Below, in pieces: positions 49,901 to 61,945 of a stretch of DNA of 64,000 nucleotides (position 1 is its first letter; each line of letters begins with the position of its first letter). This DNA is from Pavona decussata. Its lineage: Eukaryota. A model generated the notes under the pieces. The model did no database searches and had not been told where the DNA came from. It worked only from the letters and a program-made list of their open reading frames with translations. Both the position numbers and the translations under genes were made by a program. Location of the stretch: assembly GCA_977016875.1 (NCBI GenBank), contig CDRNST010000082.1, positions 1,364,001-1,428,000 on the forward strand, read 5' to 3'.

Positions 49901-52900
49901 TCTCCTGATCCACTCCTGACCTCAAAACGCGATTAATGAATCGTTTTCTTCCTTGAAAGACCACCTCATCTTCAGCGCTGTCACCGAGGATCTCTTTAAC
50001 CAAGGAATCTACTTCTTGTTGATCCTCTTTGTTGCACAGGTCAACTGCTGTAACTCTCACATTTAATTCTTCAACAATTGCAGTTCGCCTCAGTCCCCAC
50101 ACTGTCGCTCCCCATGGAATGGACACCATCTTCAGAGACTCACCACAATCATGCAACAGCTGTGTACGCTCGGTGACGAGGAAAAGTCGAGCATCAATCA
50201 GTCCTTTTTCCAGTAGCAGCCTCATTAAGAAAGCGGAACTGCTGAACGCGAGGCGTTGTGCTTGTTCAATGACTTCGAAATTGTCCGGAAGAAATGATGC
50301 TTCCAGAGGCCAGAGGTTGATAATTCTCAGGTTAGGTAAATTCTGTGGTGGCATGGCTGCTAGGGTTGTTTCTATTGCTTCTTCTGCTTCTCCGTTAAAA
50401 CAACTACCACTTGGTGGTTCCACGGCGATGATATTGACTTCTAGAGCTTGAAGTCTCTTGACTAAACTGTTCGAGAAACTGGATGAGTTCTTAAGTACCA
50501 AGCATGTCAAATGTGTAGTGCTTTCACCTTGCCCTTTTAGTTCATCTTCCTTCCACTGGACTTCATACTTAAGTTCAGCGAAGGAAAGTTGTCGTGGTAA
50601 TTCTGTTAACTCTGTAACTCGAAAGTCGTTCATTTTTAGCAAAACGCTGCCAGTTGGACTCATGAGTGTCAGGTTGAATCTTCCAAATTCAGTGACGTCT
50701 TTGACGACGTGGCAGTACAAGTGTTTGGTTAATGGCACGTCATTGAGGGTAATGGTTTTGAAACCAACTGGCACAAGGGATTTTTCACCAGATAACGAGC
50801 TTTCCAGCGTAATGAAGCAAGATTGAAGGCAAGCATCTAAAATGGAAGGATGGAAAACATAATTTCCCGTTTCTGCTTCCATGTTTAACGACTCACCTAT
50901 GTCAATCAAGCAGAGTCCCTCGTTTTCAAACTCCCAGACCTCCTTGATGATGGAGAAGGTAGGTCCATACTTGAAACCATACCTCTCTGTTGTTTCTCTG
51001 AACCGATTCATTGGCACTTTCTTCATGTTTGTTATCCGCTCTTTTATGGCTCTGCCAACATCATCGGAAGCTAGAAGCAAACGAAGCCAAGATGTAGCTA
51101 ATTTGATCATTTATGCAGTGTTTAACCATCGTTTGAACAATTTCCGGCACTTTTTGGAAACGTGCAAGCACTGTGCCTTAATACGAAATAGAACCATGTG
51201 GATAGCATTGCAAGATATTAGGTTCACGTTATATTCTGAAACCACGAAATTTTAAAACTTTATTTTAACTGAGGAGTAACTGTGTAGTTTATCTACATTG
51301 TCTCAGCTTTTCATCAGAGTTGGCTATGACATCAAATTAGGAAGAGAGAAGCTGTTGAAGCAGAGAAAGAACTCTTCGCTTAAGACTCAAGACCTGAAAG
51401 CACTGAACTACTTGAAAGCATGGTTGTACAGACCTAATCCAACCACCGTCAAGTCATCAAAATTTGTTAGGGGAACTAGTTTGTAAGAAATTGTTGCGCT
51501 GTTTTCATGAGGGAGTGGTAACAAATATTTGCTTTTGTTAGCTGAATTGATGAGATTATTTTGCCAACGCTTTGAGATTCGAGCTGACGTTTCTTGCGCC
51601 TGCCCTTAATCAGAGCGAATTCGCTACGATGAAGGGGCAATGCTCGAAAAACCAACTCTCCAATCTTTTGACGGTGGCCAAATTACCTTATCAACTTAGT
51701 GGATAAAAGCACATATTTTTTTTTTTTGTTTGTTTCAGTGGAGCGCAGCACAGCCAATGACCACCCAGTTGATTATGGACACATTGACGTCACAGCCAGT
51801 TACTTTCTGCCCGAGGGAGTGTTCTTTAATTTCGTCTCCAAATTTGACATACGATTACTTTATCAGCATTTCTTAGGTACAACTTTAACTCATCTGACCT
51901 GTTTATGAAACGAATACAACGCGCCTACGACGCGAAGTGTGCAAATGAAACCTGTATCTTGTAAATGGGACAAGGTTGAAAAGTCTGCGATGAAGTTTTG
52001 GGTTTAAGTCACGAGACCCTGAGAAGAAGCAGATGCCACTGAAATGGAAATGACGATCTACAGAGTAATAGTACCTTCTCTCTCACTCATCTCGTGTTTG
52101 CACAAAAGATCCACAGAGATTCTCCCGCTGCTTAGATTAACCTCGGAATGATCATCCTGAATGCTTGTAATGTCGTACTGTGCCTCACCAATATTCTTGG
52201 TCTTTTTAATACGTAGTCTTAAAGATCGAACCTATAACAGAAAAGATAACGACAAATTTTAGCCGAAATCCCGACTGTTGTACAAATAAATACAGAGAAA
52301 ACGTAGGAGAGGAGTGACCCGCGAAATAAGTTACGAAGTATGAAAGAACAGTATATTAGGTTATGACGGGCAGCTTAAACACACTGGGATGCTTTTCTTT
52401 GTACTTAAATATTTTCTATTGTAGGAAGTCTTTTTGGCATTCATACTTTATTTATTCACCTGTGTTTCAGGTAATGTCAGAAGGCTCGAGACCTTTACAT
52501 CACTTAGTTCCAAACCAGCTACCTCCACGAACTGGTCCTTCGCCATCGCAAATGCCATTTCCAAATAGGCTGCTCCTGGCATCACGGGTCCTCCTTGTAT
52601 AAGAGCATGATCTCTCAGATTTGGAAAGCGATGGAGATCAATTTCAGTTTCCCAGCAGTGTAAGCCTGAACAGTGGTCGGTCATTTTCACCTTTCCTAGA
52701 AAAGGGTGAGTCTTGCTCTTAGTGTCTTTGTCTTTACCGAGAGGAAGGATTGTGCTTCGGGGTGTATGATCTCTGTACCAAAAGCTACGTTCCAACCATG
52801 GATAGCTCAGCGAGCGGATAAACTTGGGTGAAGGATTTCTCTGTACAAAGGTCCAGTCTATGGGATATCCTGTCGTGTACAATCTGCATACTGTATTCAG

Positions 52901-55900
52901 GAGAAAGAACTTGTGCTGTTCATTGACAGGCACTCGTTTACGAGGGAGAGTTGGCAGGACAACTGGTATTGCTTGGTCTTGAAGTTTTTCTTGCTTAGCA
53001 ATCCGTTTGACGTAGTGGGCTAAAATCGGCTGGGTGCTGATCTCGATGATCTGTGTGTAGCCATCTTTCAGTACGTTCTTCATGGCTGGTTGAAACTGGA
53101 CTGGACAGCGAATGTTGCGCCACCAGTAATCACAGTTAAAATGTTCACCTGAGATGATTTTACCCTCAACGGTAGAGTACATCGGAATCTTGGACAGCAA
53201 AGGTTTCAACTTGACACGCCTTATGGCTGCTTGAAACGGATTCTCAATAACCTCCATGTGTGTGCTGTGAAATGCACGTTTTGTTGCAAGAACACGCCAG
53301 AAAGTGTCTTTAGAGTGAATGGCTAAATACTGCCCAAGGTATTCAATTGACTTGGAATCACCAGACACTGTGACACTCCTTGCATCATTAATTGCGGCAA
53401 TTTCAAGTGTTTGGCTTAACTTCAGCTCAATCAGCAAGTTTCGAGCCTCTTCCTCTGACATGCCAAGAGCAGCCATACCCCCATTATTGGGACATTGATC
53501 CTGGAGAGTAGAGCGAGTCAAGACCAGCTGAAGGGCTTCCTTAAGGGTGATAATTCCAGCAGTACATGCAGCTGCAAGCTCACCCAAACTGTGCCCGAGA
53601 ACAGCAGATGGATAGATTCTCCAAGACATCAACAACTTTGCGCACGCATACTGTACAGCAAACGTGGTAAGTTGAGAGAGGAAAGTTTCCGCGATTATCG
53701 ATTCGTCCTCCGATGCCATGAGTTCATCTATAAGTGACCAAGGCTTTCCTAAATCTCGAACTAATTTGCTGACTGTTAAAATGCTTTCTCTGAAAACAGG
53801 CTCTGATTCAACAAGCTGTCTCCCCATTGCGTACCATTCAGAACCTTGTCCTCCAAACATGAACACAATTTTAGTGTTGCAAGACTTCACTTCATCGTAG
53901 CAAGCCATCTTTTCCCACCCGATGGATCCATCTGCGTAGTCTGACAGAGCCTTAGACGCCTCGTAAATAGATTCGAAAGACAATGCCAGGCGGTGGGAGA
54001 ACTGACTGCGACGTTGGTTCATTGAATAGCAGAGGTTTTCTACAAACCATGAGTCCATATCTTCGACGCCATCATTAAGCCACTTGGAATAAAGGGTTGC
54101 CATTCTCTTCAGAGCTTCTTGGGAACGTGCAGAGATAGTGAGGATATGATTGAAACGTCGGACCCTGTCTTCCTCAAACGTTGGCTTAGTTATTACTTCT
54201 CGAAGGATGACGTGTACATTTGAACCACCGTAGCCATAGGAGTTTACAGCAGCTATACGTGGTTTCCCATTCTCTGTGTTCCAAGGCTCGCTGTCTTGCT
54301 GCACAATGATTCCTTTCTCTTCCAACTTCAGTCTTGGATTCAATGTGTGCACGTTAACAGTTGGCACCAGCATTTTCTTCTTAATCATCAAAGCGACCTT
54401 AATAAGTCCAGCCAAGCCTGAGGTAGATTCAGTATGGTTGAGGTTTGATTTAACCGATCCAATTCTTAGCTTTCGTGTGGGGTTTGTATTTCCACGGGTG
54501 TAGGTCTCTGCAATTGAAGTGACCTCTATCACATCTCCAATGGCAGTACCAGTACCATGTGCCTCAACGTAGCCCACGTCAGCCGCAGTTACACCAGATC
54601 TCTCTAAAACCAACCTTGCTAGTTCAGCTTGCAACTTTGAGCTCGGAGCCGTCATTGGTATGGCATTTTGACCATCGTTATTCATTCCACAAGCAATTAT
54701 CTCGCAATATTCATCATCTCTGTCACTCGCAGCAGCATGTGAAAGTTTTAGAATAACTGCTGCAACGCCCTCGCCCCTTCCATAGCCGTCCCCGGAAGCA
54801 TCGAAACTCTTACAGCGACCGTCAGGTGCCAGTAAACCAGCCATACTGGATACTACCTGTGTGACGAAGTCTAATACGATATTAGGTGCGCAAACAATGG
54901 CTATATCGCAATCCCCGTTGTGCAGACTATCACATGCAAGTTTAAGTGCAGTTAAGGACGAAGAGCAGGCTGTATCAATTGCGATGCTTGGACCTGTAAA
55001 GTTTAGACAGAAAGAAACTCTATTGGCGAGAATAGAGGCTGTTATTCCAGTAGAAGAAAACTGGTTGATGTTGTGATAATTTGATGGATCTGTTATCAGA
55101 CCTCCGTAATCTAGATTCATCTGCCCGACAAAGACACCTGTTTTGCACTTCTGAAGCTCCTCAAGTCTCATTCCAGCGTCTTCAATTGCTTCATACACAA
55201 CTTCTAAGAGAATCCGTTGTTGAGGATCCATTGCACGAGCCTCCTGGGTAGATATACCAAAGAAATCATTGTCAAAAGTTTGGATTTCTTCCAAGTAGGA
55301 GCCATGGACGGTACAAAGTCGCCCACTAACAAAGCGCTGGGGATGATAATGTTTGAAAAACATTTCATGTTGTTCCACCCTATTTCGGGGAAATGCACCA
55401 ATAGAATTTTTTCCCTCCTCGAGTAGATTCCAAAACAAGTCCTTAGTATTGGCTCCAGGGAACCTGCATCCAATGCCAACGATTGATATGCCTGGAAATT
55501 TCGGCCTTAGCTGCGGTGAGTCACCTCCCACTACTTTAAGCGGTATTTCCGGCTTCTTTAGTTCCATTTGTATGTCCTCTTCACAACTGAATAATAAGGT
55601 GATCATTGGTGGCAAGATTACAAAAGCATTGATCACACCAAGAACAAGAACAATAGGTATGAGTCGAACGAAAATGCCTTGTAGAGCTGGATAGATAAAC
55701 CCCAATGCAATTGAACCACTTATCTCCAGCAGAGCTGCAGTTAACACAGGCCACGCAAACGAGCACAAAGCTGTGTTAATACGTTCTCTTACTTCTCGTT
55801 TTTCAGATAATACAATAAAATAAGCCACTTGAAGACTGAAGTTGAGGGCCAAGACAATTGTGAAAAACAACGAGATGAAGGAGATATGGTTCAAGTGAAT

Positions 55901-58237
55901 TCCCCACATCTTCATAATTCCTGCTGTCTCCAAGACGAGAAGTATAAATATTATTGTTATGCAAGCACTGATCCTGAAGAATGAGCTTGAGGTTAAACAC
56001 AGTACAAAGAGTACCACAGTGGCAACTGCGAGATCGAAGACTACTTCTCTTTGCAACGAAAACAGGTTATCAAGTTCAAAAAATGTATCCGACACTGGCA
56101 CAGCTTGAAGGGAAGGTTGCGTTGACAAATCGTGTCTCAGTTCTTCAAGGGACTTTCTATCTTCTTTAAAGCCGTTGTTCTGTGCCATCTTGGCATGAAT
56201 ACGAGAAACACTAATTTGAAGCCGGCCATTATTTTCTTTAAAACGTACGTCTTGTTGAAAAGGGAAGTTGCTTGATTTATTAAAAAACAAGTCCAAACAA
56301 CGGTGAAATTCTGAATTTGAGCAGCTCATATTATGGTCTTGTCCCCATTGTAGTGCATCTGCCATCCAACAAACTGATTCCTTGTGACTGTATGAGGCCT
56401 TACCCAACCTTTTACAAATGTTTACTAGTTAATTCTGCATAGTCTCTTGTGAGTAGTCAATTTCCTCAGAAAAAATTATGCTCACATCAGTTTCACTTCC
56501 AAAGAACTTCTGTTGTGTTTCTCTGAATTGGTTGAAGTTGTGATTTTCTATATCAAGGTTTGCTGTGGTACTCGTTCTCTCTCCTGGTTGAAAGGCAGAC
56601 AACATACTCAAGGAGAAAATGCAGGCCAAGAGAAAGGAAGAAAACACTTTGTTAGCACGTGACGTTAGTATCTGACTAACGTTCTTACGAATAACTCTCA
56701 GTTTAGTGATAAGTTGTCTCATGAGTGCCTGCCCTGGCGTTGTGGTAAATGGTGAGCTTCTACCACAGGACCTCGCACATGACGTGTCTAATAACTTCAA
56801 CTGCTTCTCTAGAGACAATAATAAACTGACAGTTACTATCAAAGATGCAACCGAAGCAAGTAGATAGGCTACTAACGCCGCCAGGAAGAACCTTGAAATA
56901 ACTTCAAATGAGGACTTGATTGCAATTCCAAACAGAAATGTTCCACAAACCGATGACAATACGTGACAAATTCCCACTCTGACCACACAGCTGCTGACCC
57001 GGTGTTCAAGTGATTTTAGATTCTTTTGCTGTTTCCATTCCGCTAAGAAGAGAACTACATCTGATGTTATTTTCCCCAACAGCAGAAAGGGAATGAACAA
57101 GGTTGTTGGGTAAAGAGAAATGCCTGCACTTGAAAGAATGCCTGCAGCACACGTCAGGGGTAACACAACAGACAACAGTATCAGTAAGACTGTTGTAAAG
57201 CAGCTGAGATTGTAGGAAGTAAAGTATACAACCATTAAAGCAACAAGACCCATTATTAAAGCTGAGAGATAAAGTGGCTGTAATTCTGGTTTCAGTACGT
57301 TTTGAATAGCATTTGTTGTTGCTGATCCAGTCCGTACGGAGAGAGAAGCACAATCTAGCCGGTGTTTCACTGATGAAACTTTGCTTTCAAAAGATGTTTC
57401 AAAGTTGAAAACTTCATGATCTTCTCCATTCGTTGGCATTCTAATAAAGTAAATTAGTCGAATGGCTTCAGCATGGGTAGTAATTGGATCTGATCGTGTG
57501 TTTATCTGAAAGTTGCTAACCATCTCGTTGAAAGAAGAATGGAATGATTGACCGGTAGAAAGTACGGCCCTGGGATTTGTCCACTCACGAGCCAGTATGG
57601 TAGACAGGTTGCTCAAATGTTCAAAATTTGTACCAGCTAGCTCCAAAGGACTATTAATAACGCAATTTTGTTCGGCGAGTTTTTCAGTTGCTGTTTGTGG
57701 AGACAGATGTCTGAAGCATAACTTTTTGTAGCCGCTAATGTTTACAACAGTCTGATGTACCAGAGCGGCTTCTTTCAAACAGTCTTCACTGAGGACGTTT
57801 TGACCTTTTTTAGGGGAGATGATAATCTGCTCTTGACGAGCTTTGAGAAGTGGAAAGAATTTAGCTGCATGAAGCAGATCATTCCTGGACTGGGCATCAA
57901 ATTTCGTGAAGTGGTCACTGGAGTGTTGCTCAACCCTTAGACGAAGAAAACCCAGGAAGCTTGCCGCAGTAACTGTCAGAAAAACTAACAGGAGAAATGT
58001 TGCTTTGCGAGCTAGTAAAAAGCCGAATTTCTCAAACCCTTTCTCGTAAAGAACAAGGATTCCGTTGGAGATGGTCCTTTGCCCTCTTGTAGAAGAGCCA
58101 CAACCAAGGCGACGTCTTGTATTTGCCCCATGAATGAAGCAAGACCTGTTCACGAAGACACGATTAATTAGATTTGTATACGTGCATTGTTTAGAAACGT
58201 TTGTGCTAGCATCTAATCCGGGACCTAAACTGTTCAT
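40902..58237 (-). CDS. Copy B: paralogous Patched/SSD-PKS-TE-PH fusion gene with a single in-frame TAA at 56431-56429 (null allele, recent pseudogene, read-through or sequencing error)
   Basis: Exons 58237-52460, 52231-52075, 51070-48636, 48376-48214, 47662-47384, 46960-46572, 45899-45594, 44678-44361, 43836-43606, 43337-43016, 42572-42444, 41122-40902. Phases are the same as copy A and most exon lengths are identical (157, 163, 279, 389, 231, 322, 129, 221). Catalytic motifs retained: DTACSSS, EAHGTGT, GHSLG, HALIQGGPVMP, LDACLQ, GGLRGFG, YSACN, GTDS, GYSYG, GDHY. Confidence 0.88.
41702..41847. repeat. Small inverted-repeat element (mini-MITE)
   Basis: agattcacgaaaccctcctcagttaagatg pairs with catcttaacttaggaaggtttcatgaatct. 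Confidence 0.6.
45055..45116. repeat. Strong hairpin/palindrome in intron 7 of copy B (probable transposon terminus)
   Basis: gtgttttatcggg.ctaaaaccac - loop - gtggttttaaatcccgataaaacac. Confidence 0.7.
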
Positions 58238-58599
58238 GTTAAAACCAGTAACACTGATGATGTTGATTATAAGAGAGAGATATGCAAAACAAGTACCTTG
58301 AACCTCGTGTTAAGTAATCGATTATTTTAGTTAGAAATTAAATTATTCAGTTAACCACTCCCGAGGTATGTCAATTTAATTGATGCAAGGCCTTTGCCAA
58401 ATAAGACACGATTTTAAAGGTGACGTAGCACTAAAAATGACAATCATTTATTGCTATCCTTCTGCGCATGTGAAGTTTCCAGTGCTGAATATCTTATGAC
58501 CCTATATAGATCCCGAGGTAATTTTCGTATATTTGAGGCTTTAATTACCGTAATTAATCTGGGGGCACAAAGTTTATCTACTTTGAACGTTTATAAAAC

Positions 58600-59163
58600 T
58601 TGTCATGTAATCTTTTCCAAGCATCTGATTTCAAACCTTTTGTCTTTGGGACCATTCCTCATACACCCGAAAGGAAATTAAGAATAGAATGTCCTTTCCG
58701 CATCGGACGGATTCATAAACAGCCAAAACGGCGAGGACATTGTGGAGAGTGCAAACTAGTTACCAGGCGTCCTATAAGTTTGCTGGTGGCAGAAGTGACG
58801 ATGGTTTTCGTTTCTGATGTCACGGCTTTCACCTGAAACTTTTCTTTCATGACGTGCTGAATACGTCGTATAGGCCCTCGAAATACAATAAACGATCGAA
58901 CCAACATATACAGGTAACATAGACCACAAAGTTGGGGTCAAATTAAAACCATGACATGGAACATCTTAATACAACAAATCTCACCACATTTAACGTCATG
59001 GGCTGGGCGGATATACGTAAGTTTTCGTGGGGCTACTGGCCTATAGGGAACATGGGGAAAATACCAGAAAATACCAGCTTCCTGCTGGACTGCATTCGAC
59101 TGGCTAAAATTGTACAATCATTAAAAGCTCTTGCAGACTATAATGGACTTTTTTTCGGTCTAA
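58600..59163. promoter_or_regulatory. Non-coding block 0.4-0.9 kb upstream of the copy B ATG, homologous to 34401-34881
   Basis: Direct similarity by eye to the block about 5 kb upstream of copy A. Confidence 0.5.
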
Positions 59164-59854
59164 AACAAGGACGATTCTGACCAAAACTTTAAAAATTCAT
59201 AAAAAATTCAATATCAAGCCAAAATGGCTGACATTTTCACCAAGGAGGTACCTGATCATACTTTCTTCAATATTGATCTTAAATTGCTGACTATGCATTT
59301 CTGAAGTTAATTATTGACCCTATAAAATAAAATGTTATTGTTAGACTTAATACACTGCCCCCTTTTTGTTTCCAATGAAAATGCGGTCAAATAAACTTAT
59401 GTTTGGCACATGAACTCTACATAAAAGGGGCTACAACTTAATGGGGCAAAATTTGGTTACGGCTGAAATTGTTGTCATGGCAACATGACCATTTAATTTA
59501 CTTTTTTGCCTGTAAATATGCTTCTATTTTATATGGTCTAATTTTGTCCCATTAAGTCGTAGTAATCTTCATGTCAAACACTTGAGCCAAGTTTGACTAA
59601 CATACCTTAAATCTAAGTGACAAAAAAATAGGGGGCAGGCCCGGCAGAAGGCAAAATGGCCATTTTTCAAAAACTGCCCTTAAACATTTGTAAAAGGGAA
59701 AAAACAATGAAAATGACTTCCATTCTCTCAACTACCTAATTTGCTTTGATATTTTACCATAATACTATATCAAAAAGCAGTAAATGTCACCAGGGAATGG
59801 TTTTTTTATGTCTGTTCAATTTTTTTTTCCCTTTCTTGGTGGTCCTCTCATATG

Positions 59855-61210
59855 TAACACCTTGCCACCTCGCCTAGACCAGGTGCCATCAAAGCTCACT
59901 GGTACTTCAGCTATTGTGTTCTCATTGTTATCTTACTCGCTCATCTTTAGAAATGCAAGTTTTCTAGCTTCAGCTCTATTCTTGGCCAGTTTTTCTCGGA
60001 TGACATCAGTGTGGGCCTCTAAGAGAGCATCCTCACGGTGTGCGACAAATGCAGACTGCAGACTTGCAGACTTGCAGACCTGCAGACCTGCAGACCTGCA
60101 GACCTGCAGACTTGCAGACCTGCAGACTTGCAGACTTGCAGACCTGCAGACCTGCAGACTTGCAGACCTGCAGACTTGCAGACTTGCAGACTTGTAGACT
60201 TGCAGACTCAACATACTGGCCTTTCCCAATTCATTTTAAAAATAATATTGTGTAACCTCCGCCATTCCATATCATGCGCTGTCCGCTTGGTACGCTTTGA
60301 TACTTGGCTACTTTCACGATTGTCCTTCAGGAATAAAATTCGTACGCGCGCCAGTTTTGAGAAAACGTTGTCAAACTATATAGCAAACAGCATAATAAGG
60401 GCTAGGTTCTGACAAAAATACAATTTTAGTGATTTTTTTTTTATTTTCTAAAATATCAGGATCGGGTAAACTCTCCGACGAACTTGAATTTATCGGGTAT
60501 CGAACGCCTGGCAAGAACGAATTAGCTGCACAGCGTAATTATTCAAAAGACATTAATAGGGCTTTTCCGATACTTTGATTGGTTATCGAGATATCCGAGT
60601 TCAAAGTTAGAATAGCAAAAAAAATTATGTAGACGTGCTGCTCAAGTGGTCGCCATGCCAAAGTTAGTTTAAATTTAAAAATTCCTGCGCGAGATTTTAG
60701 CTCATAAAGTTTCGTAAACGACACATGCCTCCACATGAGGGGATTATATCACTCGATCGTACTAAATGCCGCGAGCTAGTGAATTCTCGTTAAATTCCAA
60801 AGTCGCGAAAATCCGGAAGTATGCAGGTCGGCAAGTCTTCACGGTTGTCCTGAAGGACAACCTTGGAAGTAGCCAAGTAGCCTTAAAGCGTACTAAGCGG
60901 ACAGCGCATGATGTGGAATGGCGGAGGTTACACACTATTATTTTTAAAATGAATTGGAAAAGGCCAGTATGTTGAGTCCATCAAGTCTGCAAGTCTGCAG
61001 GTCAGCAGGTCTGCAAGTCTGCAAGTCTGCAGGTCTGCAAGTCTGCAGTCTGCATTTGTCGCACACCGGCATCCTCATGTCTATACCATGCATATTGAAA
61101 CACTGAAAGGCACATCTAACACTTCACAGAGTTTGGCTATTCCTTCGCTTCTTAAACCCATTTCAAAGGCACCATAAACAACTCTTCGATTTAAATCTTT
61201 TCCTTGGATA
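59855..61210 (-). pseudogene. Kolobok/Mutator-like transposase remnant split by the foldback element
   Basis: Removing 60036-61068 and one TSD rejoins DLNRRVVYGAFEMG..GIAKLCEVLDVP..WYRHEDALLEAH..IAEVPVSFDGTWSRRG (DGTW catalytic motif). Stops and frameshifts are present. Confidence 0.7.
60036..61068. mobile_element. Foldback/MULE-like non-autonomous element with long modular TIRs
   Basis: Termini cggtgtgcgacaaatgcagactgcagac / gtctgcagtctgcatttgtcgcacaccg. Subterminal 8-bp (tgcagacY)n arrays of unequal length and about 100 bp of further inverted unique sequence. Perfect 9-bp TSD gcatcctca (60027-60035 / 61069-61077). Confidence 0.92.
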
Positions 61211-61339
61211 GTATTCGGTGAGTGAACGAAATTCGGCCCGATTTAGCCGTGCTATAGATTTTCCGAATCAGGCCCATTTTCACCCCTCGCTACACCAACA
61301 GAAAAAGAAATCAGCCGACAAATTTCAAATGAGCTTTTG

Positions 61340-61945
61340 TTTATTTTGACTGTCGTGTTTTAGTCTGGTTCTCAATGAATTCAACGTTTGTTTTTGTCCA
61401 AGCCGACATGGAAATCTTCAACAGATGTTATAGGCCAAAATATTGAGTCAGGTGTGCCACCAAATCGTTTGTACCAGGACTTGTGCTTCAAAACCTTTTG
61501 CTTTTCCACAGCTCATTTAATTCAGTGTTTATTAGACTTCCGAGACTTCGGTTCGGCCGCTTGACTTTAAGCTTACCTTTTTGTCGCAGTAGCCAAGCTT
61601 TACCTTCAAGAATCGAACTTGCTTCGAACTTTTTTACTCTTGGTCTCTAATTATGGAGTACTTGTAACCTTGCCTTCTCAGATAACGTTCGTTCAATTGC
61701 AGTGCGAACACTGCCATGCTGGTATAGTCTTTCCCGTCGTTTTACGGACTGTTGCGTGAAAATCCTCGAGAATTTTGTTGAGTGCCTCCGGTTCATAGTT
61801 TTCAATATTTTGGTCGTGGCCCTTTTGTGCTGTCGAAGATCTCCAAACTCTTAGCCAGTGTGTTTGTGCTTTATTGAGTTTCTTTGCATTTTCCTTTAAA
61901 CTTTCAATTAAAATACTGTTACTCTCTTCAAACCTGTTCGCCATT
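61340..61945 (-). pseudogene. Crypton-like tyrosine-recombinase transposon remnant
   Basis: MANRF..IESLKENA..WLRVW..IENYEPEALNKILEDFHATVRK, followed in broken frames by YKYSIIRD, LEGKA..LRQKG, TIWW and LTQYFG, as in Crypton/DUF3504-type proteins. Confidence 0.65.

Noticed and set aside
56407-56431. Frameshift, or two separate genes (Patched gene plus PKS gene), in copy B
   Set aside because: Both ORFs are in the same frame, separated by one TAA. The break falls in the middle of the membrane domain and copy A is continuous there.
11574-58237. Bacterial contaminant or symbiont PKS locus
   Set aside because: Each gene has 11 conserved GT-AG introns and is embedded among animal-type transposons.
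59170-59685. Defined Kolobok terminus (…aaaactgcccttaa)
   Set aside because: It looks like a transposon end, but no matching partner TIR was found in the window, so boundaries cannot be supported.
59784-60412. ORFs with (CRLADLQT)n or (SASLQVCR)n repeats as real proteins
   Set aside because: These are translation artefacts of the stop-free 8-bp array in the foldback TIR.
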